DNA from: Eledone cirrhosa
Lineage: Eukaryota
Length of the DNA stretch: 64,000 bases
Direction: 5' to 3'
NCBI GenBank assembly: GCA_964016885.1
Contig: OZ024740.1
Location: forward strand, 62,000,001-62,064,000
Positions 52,690-64,000 of the stretch are shown here, piece by piece; within the stretch, counting starts at the first letter, position 1, and each line of letters starts with the position of its first letter. Below the pieces are notes generated by a model. It had not been told where the DNA came from, made no database searches, and was given only the letters and a program-made list of their open reading frames with translations. Position numbers and translations under genes: made by a program.

Positions 52690-53384
<695 letters not shown>

Positions 53385-54697
53385 ATTAAAAAATAATGAA
53401 TAAAACAATGAAACAGTTCCTTATATTAAACAAAAAAAGTTCATTATTTAACGATCGTTTCTAGGACATATATGTGTTAGAATTGGCATGCATATTCAAC
53501 AGATCTATGTACAAAATTATACAAAATTATACAAACTATCAAATCTAACATACATACCAACACATACATATGCCGTCTTCATAAATAATGAAATATATTT
53601 ATTGATAATAATAACAATTCAAAATTACAGGTCTGTTTGGGAACAGAGTTCAAATTGACCAATGAAATACACAAAAATATATCAAGAAAATACAGTTAGG
53701 TGTGTGTATATATGTAAGTAACTTCGTTCACAGATATGCATAAAAATATATGTTCACATGCATACACATGTCGAAAAGATGTATGTAAATACAAAAATTC
53801 AGGGCTAATGTCTCTGTATGTTTATAATCTACAGATAAAATACACATACGTATATAAACATATATACACATTCATATATACACACACATATACATACATT
53901 CACATACTCACGCGCATATACACATAAACATACACATACCCACGAACACACACACACACACACACACACATGTCATCATCATCATCATCATCATCAACGT
54001 TTAACGTCCGTGTTCCACGCTTGCATGGGTTTGGACGGGGGTAGTCCCACTTGAGGCAAGAGTGATTGTCTTGCTCGCATAGGACTGTCTGGCAGGTTTT
54101 CTACAGTTGGATGCCCTTCCTAACACCAACCACATTTACAGTGTGGGTCTGGGAGGTTTTTACCGTGTTGCCTACACGGCCACATTACAGCGTGGACTGT
54201 GTGTTTTTTTGTCGTGACACCTACACGATCTCATTTGTTTCGGCCTGGATGGCGCGGCACCAACATAACTTTAAATAGAACGGGGTGGTGTGGATGGGGT
54301 GGGGGGGTGGCGGGACGGGGTGTATTTTGTTAGAGATGCCTACTGGCAAGGCGGGTCTTCTCTGTTACTGAGTACCGCCAAAGGTCACGGTCCAGTGACA
54401 TTGTCTTGGAGAGGTGTAAGTGTGTGAGGTCGGAGTTTATCAGCTCATCCCATGTTTTTCTAGGTCTGCCTATATATATTATTATTATAACTACATGGAT
54501 ATTAAGACACACACACAAAAACACTGCCACATACACTTTTACATCCATATGCAGAAGATGGTGAAGGGGGTCAGTAATTACTGTGGGTGTCAGGGAACTG
54601 CCTATTTATAAAATGTATCTATAAATTTAGAAATAAAAAGAAATAAATTAAAAAAATAAACAAATAAAATATATACTCATACATAAAATACACACCG

Positions 54698-54736
<39 letters not shown>

Positions 54737-54914
54737 TATATACATATATATATATATACACACATACATATACATACATATACACACGCATACATACATA
54801 CACATATACATAGAGACACATACACATACATATATAAATACATAGACACACATGCATACACACACATATATATATACATATATTCTCAACACATATATAT
54901 ATATATATAAACAT

Positions 54915-56010
54915 ATTAGCGTTAAATTTTCCCTGCTGTATTAGCGATAAATTTTCGAGGGTTTCTCTTAGTAGCTTTTTTCATGACGTTATTATTGTTA
55001 ATTTTACTGATGTAGTATTAACTTATTAACTTGGATATTTACCATGCGGTATTCTAATCCTATTGTATCTCTCTCAGTTCCTACCCCCCCCCCCTCTATG
55101 CACTTCTTTAAGGCTTACTACCCTGTCTTTAACCTAATTCATTCAATCTGAAAATATTGAAGAGATAAGACACTTTGCCATTCTTCTCTGCTAAAATGTA
55201 CCACTAGAGCTGATTCAAATTTTCCCAGCCAGCCATCCACCTAATCTACGAAGGTATTTTAGCCTACATATTGTCGTTAATATTATGATGTTCCCTGCTG
55301 TATTAGCGTTAAATTTTCCCTGCTGTATTAGCGATAAATTTTCGAGGGTTTCTCTTAGTAGCTTTTTCATGTCGTTAATATTATGATGTTCCCTGCTGTA
55401 TTAGCGTTAAATTTTCCCTGCTGTATTAGCGATAAATTTTCGAGGGTTTCTCTTAGTAGCTTTTTTCATGACGTTATTATTGTTAATTTTACTGATGTAG
55501 TATTAACTTATTAACTTGGATATTTACCATGCGGTATTCTAATCCTATTGTATTTCTCTCAGTTCCTACCCCCCCCCCCCTCTATGCACTTCTTTAAGGC
55601 TTACTACCCTGTCTTTAACCTAATTCATTCAATCTGAAAATATTGAAGAGATAAGACACTTTGCCATTCTTCTCTGCTAAAATGTACCACTAGAGCTGAT
55701 TCAAATTTTCCCAGCCAGCCATCCACCTAATCTACGAAGGTATTTTAGCCTACATATTGTCGTTAATATTATGATGTTCCCTGCTGTATTAGCGTTAAAT
55801 TTTCCCTGCTGTATTAGCGATAAATTTTCGAGGGTTTCTCTTAGTAGCTTTTTCATGTCGTTAATATTATGATGTTCCCTGCTGTATTAGCGTTAAATTT
55901 TCCCTGCTGTATTAGCGATAAACTTTCGAGGGTTTCTCTTAGTAGCTTTTTTCATGACGTTATTATTGTTAATTTTACTGATGTAGTATTAACTTGGATA
56001 TTTACCATGC
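54915..56010. repeat. ~486-bp tandem repeat (about 2.25 units) with nested 98-bp and 24-bp subrepeats
   Basis: ATTAGCGTTAAATTTTCCCTGCTG at 54915, 55302, 55400, 55788 and 55886. Confidence 0.9.
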
Positions 56011-56267
56011 GACCCTCAGTTCCTACCTCACAATTTCCCTCCCCCCCACCCCCACACACCACCATAGTCTATTCGACCAATCAAACCTAGCATGCCATTT
56101 CCACTGCTGCTGCTGCTACCTGCCTAACTAACTCTCTCCTCCTCTGGCGCATCCCAACACACCCTGCCATTACCCCACCACCACTGTCCTACTAGCCCTC
56201 AATTTTCCCACCGTTATGGATGGATGAGCTGGGAATACACGAGCAACTCTGAATCAATAGATGAAAT

Positions 56268-59200
56268 ATGAATCTGCGAGCTACCAAGCACCCACGTGAA
56301 GCGCCAACCCAGAGACCCTCCCCTACGAGTGTCGACAAATGCCCAAAACTCCGAGTTGGTACCATCAATGTAGGCTCAATGAAAGGAAGAGCAGGAGAAA
56401 TCGTAGAAATGCTAGAGCGAAAGGAAGTTGATGTATGCTGTGTGCAAGAGACTAGATGGAGAGGAGGGTCTGCTAGAGTCCTTGTAGGAAAAAGCCAGTG
56501 CTACAAATTTTTCTGGCTGGGAAATGACGATGGGATGGGTGGTGTAGGTATACTATTAGCTGACAAGTGGGTAGATAAAGTAATCTCAGTGTACAGGGTA
56601 AATGCAAGAATCATTAAACTCAGACTAGTCCTGAATAAGACAATTACCACAATAATATCAGCTTACGCACCCCAATCGGGGCTGCCAGACGAACTTAAGG
56701 ATAGGTTTTACGAGTCCCTAATACACACTACTGCTCTAACAGACGACAAGGACTTCCTAATCATTGCAGGAGATTTTAACGGACACGTAGGTAAACACTG
56801 CGACGGCTTCAATAGAGTACATGGAGGCCATGGAGTTGGCACAAGGAATGAGGAAGGATTCAGACTTCTAGAATTCTGCGACGCCAATGACATGTCGATA
56901 TGTAACACAAACTTTAAAAAACCCGACAACCACCTGATCACCTATAGATCAGGGGAGCACTCTAGTCAGTTAGATTTTATCCTCATCAGAGGACGTGACA
57001 GATGGACGGTCGTAAACACAAAAGCCTTCCCTAGTGAGGAATGTACATCCCAACATAGCTTAGTTGTCAGCGACCTCACGGTCAGAACTAGACGAGCCCT
57101 GAAACAGAGGCCAACCTGGAGAAGAAAGATCTGGAAGCTGAAAGTCCCCTCAACCAGTAACAGATTTAAAGATATTTTACTCAACGCCTACGACAGTAAA
57201 GAAGAACAGATAGAGACATTTAACGTAGAAGAGAACTGGGAGTTCCTAAAAAATAACTTACTAGAGGCGACGGATGAGGTTTGTGGCTGGAGTAAGACGT
57301 CAAGCAGGAGGAGAGTGACTTGGTGGTGGAACAATAAGGTAGATGAAGCAGTCAAGGCCAAGAGACAGGCATGGAAAGAATGGAAGAACGGGGGGAGCAG
57401 GGTACATTACATAGAGACCAAGAGGGAAGCTAGGCGACAAGTATACTTAGCTAGGAGGGAAGCAGAGGATAGAAAATTCAAGCATGTTTTACAACGTGAG
57501 GACCAGAAACAGGAGGTATTCAAGATTGCGAGGCAGTGTGTCAGAGATAGTTGTGATGTCATTGGAGAGAAGTGTATCCGGAATGATAAAGGTGAGCTTG
57601 CCCTCACAAGTGCTGAGAAGAAAGATGCATGGAAGAGTCATTATGATAGATTACTAAATGAGGAGAATGCATGGGAAGAAGAGACCCTACCCCACGTAGA
57701 CCCTATAGAGGGACCAGCAGTACAAGTCAGCGGCAGCATAGTAAGTAAGGCAATCAGAGATATGAAGATAGGGAAGGCAACCGGTCCATCGGGTATAGCT
57801 GCCGAGATGCTGAAGGCATCTGGGTCTGTAGGTCACACTATAACCACACGTATCGTTAACCAGGTAATACTAGAGGGGGCCATACCAAAAGATTGGTGCA
57901 GTAGCATCATTGTCAACTGCTACAAAGGTAAAGGCGATGCACTAGATAGAGGAAACTATAGAGGTATAAAGTTGATGGACCAGGTCATGAAAGTAACAGA
58001 AAGAGTTATAGCACAGCTGATTAGGGACCGGGTGAATATAGACAAGATGCAATTTGGGTTTGTTCCAGGGAAAGGCACCACTGATGCGCTCTTCCTTGTG
58101 AGGCAATTACAGGAAAAGTACCTAGCTAAAAGTAAGCCACTCTACTTGGCATTTGTCGACCTTGAGAAAGCCTTTGACAGAGTTCCACGTGCAGTAATCT
58201 GGTGGGCTCTTAGAAAACTAGGAGTAGATGAATGGCTTGTGAAAGCGGTACAAGCCATGTATAGGGGAGCAGTCAGCAAAGTTAGGATTGGCAATGAGTA
58301 TAGCGAGGAATTTAGCGTACAGGTTGGGGTCCACCAGGGCTCTGTTCTTAGCCCTCTCCTGTTCATCATAGTCCTGCAGGCAATAACGGAGGAGTTTAAG
58401 ACCGGATGCCCATGGGAACTCCTGTATGCTGATGACCTCGCACTCATAGCTGAATCTATGGTAGAACTAGAGAATAAATTCCAAACCTGGAAGCAGGGAC
58501 TAGAGAGAAAGGGCCTCAAAGTCAACATGACAAAGACTAAGGTCCTTATAAGTAGACGAGAAAACAGAACCCAGATCCCCTCAGGGAAATGGCCTTGCTC
58601 AGTATGTAGGAAAGGTGTAGGTAGGAACTCCATTCTTTGCCCCAAATGCAAACAATGGGTACACAAGAGATGTAGCGGGATCTCAGGAAGCTTAATTAAG
58701 AATGTAGGATTCACATGCAGCAGCTGTGCTGAAACAGCAAGCAAACAGCCACAGGAAACAAGTACCACCAATCTCTGGGAGGGCCCTGTAGAAACAGTAG
58801 ACAGCTTCTGCTACCTAGGTGACCGAATTAGCAACGGAGGTGGGTGCTCAGAAAGTACAATAACTAGGGTAAGAACGGGATGGAAGAAGTTTAGGGAACT
58901 ACTACCACTGCTAGCTGCAAAAGGCTTCTCCCTCAGAATGAAAGGCAGACTGTATGATGCGTGTATCCGAACAGCGATGTTGCATGGTAGTGAGACCTGG
59001 GCGCTGAAGGTGGAAGACTTACGTAGAGTAGAGAGAAACGAAGCCTGCATGCTCCGATGGATGTGTAACAGTAATATACGTGAACGACAAAGCATAAATG
59101 AATTGAGAGAGAGACTGAGCATAAGAGGAATCAAATGCTGCGTGCAGGAGAGGCGGTTACGCTGGTATGGACATGTGATGCGTATGAAGGATGACAGCTG

Positions 59201-59387
59201 CATAAAAAGGTGCAGAGCACTAGAAGTTGATGGAAACCGCGGAGTGGGGAGACCCAAGATGACTTGGGATGAGGTGATAAAAGCCGACCTTACCCAACTA
59301 CACCTCTCAAAGTCAATGACACACGACCGTGACTTCTGGCGTCACGCAGTAATACAGGGTACCCGACCTCCCATGGGTACATGCTGA
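56268..59387 (+). CDS. Intact RTE-clade LINE ORF (APE endonuclease, reverse transcriptase, PHD-type zinc finger), 1039 aa
   Basis: GTINVGSM/VQETRW/SAYAPQ/GDFNGH/LDFIL/SQH APE motifs. KAFDRVP, GVHQGSVLSP and YADD RT motifs. CSVC-x10-CPKC-x4-H-x2-C-x15-CSSC finger. No stops. 3' UTR and (GAT)n tail to ~59685. Confidence 0.95.
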   Translation: MNLRATKHPREAPTQRPSPTSVDKCPKLRVGTINVGSMKGRAGEIVEMLERKEVDVCCVQETRWRGGSARVLVGKSQCYKFFWLGNDDGMGGVGILLADKWVDKVISVYRVNARIIKLRLVLNKTITTIISAYAPQSGLPDELKDRFYESLIHTTALTDDKDFLIIAGDFNGHVGKHCDGFNRVHGGHGVGTRNEEGFRLLEFCDANDMSICNTNFKKPDNHLITYRSGEHSSQLDFILIRGRDRWTVVNTKAFPSEECTSQHSLVVSDLTVRTRRALKQRPTWRRKIWKLKVPSTSNRFKDILLNAYDSKEEQIETFNVEENWEFLKNNLLEATDEVCGWSKTSSRRRVTWWWNNKVDEAVKAKRQAWKEWKNGGSRVHYIETKREARRQVYLARREAEDRKFKHVLQREDQKQEVFKIARQCVRDSCDVIGEKCIRNDKGELALTSAEKKDAWKSHYDRLLNEENAWEEETLPHVDPIEGPAVQVSGSIVSKAIRDMKIGKATGPSGIAAEMLKASGSVGHTITTRIVNQVILEGAIPKDWCSSIIVNCYKGKGDALDRGNYRGIKLMDQVMKVTERVIAQLIRDRVNIDKMQFGFVPGKGTTDALFLVRQLQEKYLAKSKPLYLAFVDLEKAFDRVPRAVIWWALRKLGVDEWLVKAVQAMYRGAVSKVRIGNEYSEEFSVQVGVHQGSVLSPLLFIIVLQAITEEFKTGCPWELLYADDLALIAESMVELENKFQTWKQGLERKGLKVNMTKTKVLISRRENRTQIPSGKWPCSVCRKGVGRNSILCPKCKQWVHKRCSGISGSLIKNVGFTCSSCAETASKQPQETSTTNLWEGPVETVDSFCYLGDRISNGGGCSESTITRVRTGWKKFRELLPLLAAKGFSLRMKGRLYDACIRTAMLHGSETWALKVEDLRRVERNEACMLRWMCNSNIRERQSINELRERLSIRGIKCCVQERRLRWYGHVMRMKDDSCIKRCRALEVDGNRGVGRPKMTWDEVIKADLTQLHLSKSMTHDRDFWRHAVIQGTRPPMGTC

Positions 59388-59685
59388 AGCATATAAACAA
59401 TATGCCCCCCCCCCCACCGCAAGGTGGTCGTGGAGGTGCCACGGCAAAAAAGCACCCAGCCCACACTGTAAAGTGGACGTGTAGGCGCCACGAAAAAGCA
59501 CCCAGCACTCACTGTAAATGAGGTTGGTGTTAGGAAGGGCATCCAGCTGTAGAAATCAAGCCAGATCAGTTCCTGTATGAGCAAGGCATGGTCAGCCGAC
59601 CAGACACTGCCCACAACAGGACAACCCGTCTAACCCATGCTAGCGTGGAAGAACGGACGTAAAACGGTGATGATGATGATGATGA

Positions 59686-59933
59686 CATATATGTACATAC
59701 ATATACACACATACATACATATACATATACACACACATATATATATACACATATATACACACATATATACATATATATACACATACACGCACACACATAT
59801 ACACACACTCACACATATATATACGTATATATAAACACACACACACATATCCATGTATGTATATACACATACAACCACACACTCACACAACTCAGACATA
59901 CATAAATAAAGAGATATACATACACACATATAC

Positions 59934-59966
<33 letters not shown>

Positions 59967-60350
59967 GATATATACATACACATAAATATATATACACACA
60001 CACATATACATACACATATATATATATATATATATACACATATATACATATACACACATATATATATATATATACATACACACATCTCTACAAATATATA
60101 TATATACACATACACACGCACACATACATATATACATACACACATATATATACATAGACATATATATACACACATATATATACATACATATACATACATA
60201 TACATACATATCTATATATACATATATATATATATACAATCATACACACTTATTTACATGCGCACATATGTATTTTTATACTCACATACAAACACCCAAA
60301 CATACATACCTACTTACATACACATACATACATCCACGCTTACAAATACA
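59686..60350. repeat. Compound (TA)/(CA)/(TACA) microsatellite
   Basis: Direct reading of the sequence. Confidence 0.9.
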
Positions 60351-60879
60351 AATAATTATAGGGGGGGGGATTAAAATTATTAGTGGGAAATAGTAAATAT
60401 AGGTTTCAAGGAACATAGAATATTAATCTGCATATAGATCATAATATGTGTTTACATAGTAGTTTCAGTATTAGGAAATGTAAGAAAGAAGGCAAAATTA
60501 TGCATTTTAATATAAGTATACTATTAATTATAGGTTAACTAAATTAAAAATAGTTAATATATTGATTTCTAAGGTGTATACTACTTAGGTTTATAATATT
60601 TGAAGCGGAATTTTGAAGTTAAACAGTAGTAGAGTATTAATTATAGCATAACTAAATTAAAAATATTAACATTATGGTATCAATATTAGGAAATGAATTT
60701 AGTAATAGGGACAACCAAATCAAGTATTTCATCGGTAGTAGAATATAAATTATAGGTTAACTAAATTAAAAATTATATATTAATTTCTATAGTATATGTT
60801 AATTAGGTTTATAATAATTAAAACAGATTTTGTATTTTATCTATAGTAGAATATAATTATAGGTTAACAAAAATTAAAA

Positions 60880-60951
<72 letters not shown>

Positions 60952-61410
60952 ATTGTAAAGAATATATTAATTAGGTATATATTTATAAATTTATCTCGGT
61001 TTATGATTACATGATATTCTGCAATCTATCTGTATTAGAATTTTAATTTTAAGCTAATTAAATTAAAATTATAGGTTAACTAAATTAAAATTAATTTATA
61101 AATAAATTTCTAAATTGTACATTAATTAGGTTTATAATATTAAAAAATATCTCTCTGTTATTGATTACACAATATTTTGTTATATTTCATCTGTAAATGA
61201 ATTTTAATAAAAGGTTAAATAAACTAAAATTAATCTATAAATTAATTTACAAAGTATATATTAATTATGTTAATAATATTTAAAAGTTTTTCACAATTTA
61301 TGATTACACAATATTTTTTAATCTCATCTGTAGTAGAATTTAATTAAATTAAATTTATAGGTTAACTACATTTAAATTAAATTATATATTAATTTCTAAA
61401 ATATATATTA

Positions 61411-62907
61411 TTAATTAGGTTTATAATATTTAAATATTTTTCTCAGTTTATGATTACACGATATAATTAATTCCTGTCGCTTATTTAATAGGATATCCTT
61501 AGATTTCATTATTTCAAATAGTTCTTGGGAATATAATCTACATTCATTTCTATTATTTTGATAAGGGGTGGCTCTTTTGAGCACACTCCAGGTCATATCA
61601 TATTCTATATTCTTATTTCTATAACTATTAATTTTTTCTGCTAGAGATGTTGTATTAGCCAGTGGGGCATTTTTAAAACTATGTTTGTGGGTATTAAACC
61701 TTACCTTAAAATTGTTAGAAGTAGCTCCTATATATGAGCAAATAGAATCTTTAGTTTTAACTTTACATTTATAAACTATGTTGTTAACAAGACAATTTCC
61801 TTTTAATGGGCAGTTTGCTTTGTTTCTACAGTTACAACCTTTCGTTAATTCTGTATTTGAGGAGATATTATGGTTAGTTTGATGTATTGGTGGTATACTT
61901 ATGGTATTTTTACATTTATATGCATTATAGGCACTTATATTTTGTTTTATGTTTTTGGTTGTTGAGTATGAGAATTTAACTGTTGACCTATTTAAGATTT
62001 GATGGTATTTGTGGTTTGGCGGGAAGTTTTTCTCTAGGATATAAAAAAATTGTTTAGCAATATTATCCTTAATTTGTAAATTAAATGGAGCATTATACCA
62101 AGTAACTCGTCTATTACGGTTTCTATGTTGTTTATTATTTTTATAGGTTGTATCGTGATGTTTACTAGGAGGATTAATGTTAATGACCCCACCACGCACA
62201 TTTTTAGTTAGATTTATTGATTTAGGTGTTTTATCTTGTTTATTAAGAGTTTTATTATTAACATTTATTAGAGTTGTATGATGAGTAGTTTTTTGAGAGT
62301 TACTATACTTTATATTAGAGGAGTTGTTGGTATTTTGGGGTATAGTGTGGGTGGCATTTAGGTGTGTACTTTTCATTTGGTGTTTGTTGGTAATATTAGG
62401 TTGTATGTTTATAGTATTTTTAGTAGAAGGTATATATTCTAATCTATTTTTGTGGCCACTTCTATCTAGAGCTTCGTTATAGAAGGTCGCATTTTTATCA
62501 AATACATCTTGGTTAGACGAAAGGTTAGAAATTCTAAGTGATATATTATATGCAAGGTTTTTAAGGATAGATTTAGGGTGATTAGATTGTGAGTGTATGT
62601 AGTGTAAGTTTTGGTTGGGTTTATGGTAAGGTTGGTAGATACCCGTAGCTAAGTCTAAAGTTATATCTAGGAAATTAACTACTTTACTTGTGTTTTCAAA
62701 AGTAATATGAAGACTATAATAGTCTTTAAGGAAGGTTCTAATAAGCTTTTTGTTTTTTTCTATTTCTGAGAGGTTAAGGTTGTTGGAAAGAAGAAGACAG
62801 TCATCACGATATAAACCACCTTTAAGGTGGGGAAAGGAAGCATTTATGTTGAAAATAAGAAAGAGGCCCACAAGATCAGTAATTTGGGCAGAATCGCTTG
62901 AACCCAT
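61411..62907 (-). mobile_element. 5'-truncated Penelope-like element ORF (RT C-terminal half + GIY-YIG endonuclease; Naiad-type)
   Basis: MGS..., GLYRDD, VNFLDITL, SNHP, CNCRNKANCPLKGNC, NIVYKC...YIGAT..FKVRFNTH and LLNKRQE in one 498-aa open frame. Confidence 0.9.
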
Positions 62908-63616
62908 GGCTAATACAACATCTCTAGCAGAAAAAATTAATAGTTATAGAAATAAGAATATAGAATATGATATGACCTGGAGTGTGCTCAAAAGAGCCAC
63001 CCCTTATCGAAATAATAGAAATGAATGTAGATTATGTTCCCAAGAACTATTTGAAATAATGAAATCTAAGGATATCCTATTAAATAAGCGACAGGAATTA
63101 ATTATATCGTGTAATCATAAACTGAGAAAAACATTTAAATATTATAAACCTAATTAATAATATATATTTTAGAAATTAATATATAATTTAATTTAAATGT
63201 AGTTAACCTATAAATTTAATTTAATTAAATTCTACTACAGATGAGATTAAAAAATATTGTGTAATCATAAATTGTGAAAAACTTTTAAATATTATTAACA
63301 TAATTAATATATACTTTGTAAATTAATTTATAGATTAATTTTAGTTTATTTAACCTTTTATTAAAATTCCTTTACAGATGAAATATAACAAAATATCGTG
63401 TAATCAATAACAGAGAGATATTTTTTAATATTATAAACCTAATTAATGTACAATTTAGAAATTTATTTATAAATTAATTTTAATTTAGCTAACCTATAAT
63501 TTTAATTTAATTAGCTTAAAATTAAAATTCTAATACAGATAGATTGCAGAATATCATGTAATCATAAACCGAGATAAATTTATAAATATATACCTAATTA
63601 ATATATTCTTTACAAT

Positions 63617-63684
<68 letters not shown>

Positions 63685-64000
63685 TTTTAATTTTTGTTAA
63701 CCTATAATTATATTCTACTATAGATAAAATACAAAATCTGTTTTAATTATTATAAACCTAATTAACATATACTATAGAAATTAATATATAATTTTTAATT
63801 TAGTTAACCTATAATTTATATTCTACTACCGATGAAATACTTGATTTGGTTGTCCCTATTACTAAATTCATTTCCTAATATTGATACCATAATGTTAATA
63901 TTTTTAATTTAGTTATGCTATAATTAATACTCTACTACTGTTTAACTTCAAAATTCCGCTTCAAATATTATAAACCTAAGTAGTATACACCTTAGAAATC
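62907..64000 (+). repeat. Inverted pLTR arm of the Penelope-like element (reverse complement of ~60564-61661; runs off the window)
   Basis: Re-encodes ANTTSLAEKIN...KYYKPN on the + strand and continues into the same AT-rich 3' sequence. Confidence 0.95.

Noticed and set aside
61411-62907. Selenocysteine recoding as reported for some Naiad elements
   Set aside because: No in-frame TGA in the visible ORF and no SECIS recognised.
62750-63157. 135-aa + strand ORF ending in GIY-YIG C-terminal sequence
   Set aside because: Chance read-through from antisense RT sequence across the inversion junction; not an independent gene.

Overview
AT-rich eukaryotic genomic DNA, most likely a cephalopod (octopus-like SINE/LINE content; inference). 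It holds the 3' part of a + strand host gene encoding a doublecortin-domain protein similar to the C-terminus of DCDC1/DCDC5: five exons at 6.6-13.6 kb, a tandemly duplicated exon at 29.0 and 30.8 kb, and a probable last exon at 42.35 kb. The rest is mostly retroelements. A 14-kb array of R4/Dong-like and Tx1-like elements is stacked in an (ATT)n microsatellite inside one intron. There are at least three RTE LINE families with a PHD-type finger (one copy with an intact 1039-aa ORF), tRNA-derived SINEs sharing modules with them, two Penelope-like (Naiad-type) elements with inverted pLTRs, hammerhead ribozyme motifs, TTAA-flanked piggyBac-type MITEs, foldback palindromes and satellites. All family assignments come from reading motifs by eye and from recalled family knowledge; no database search was run.
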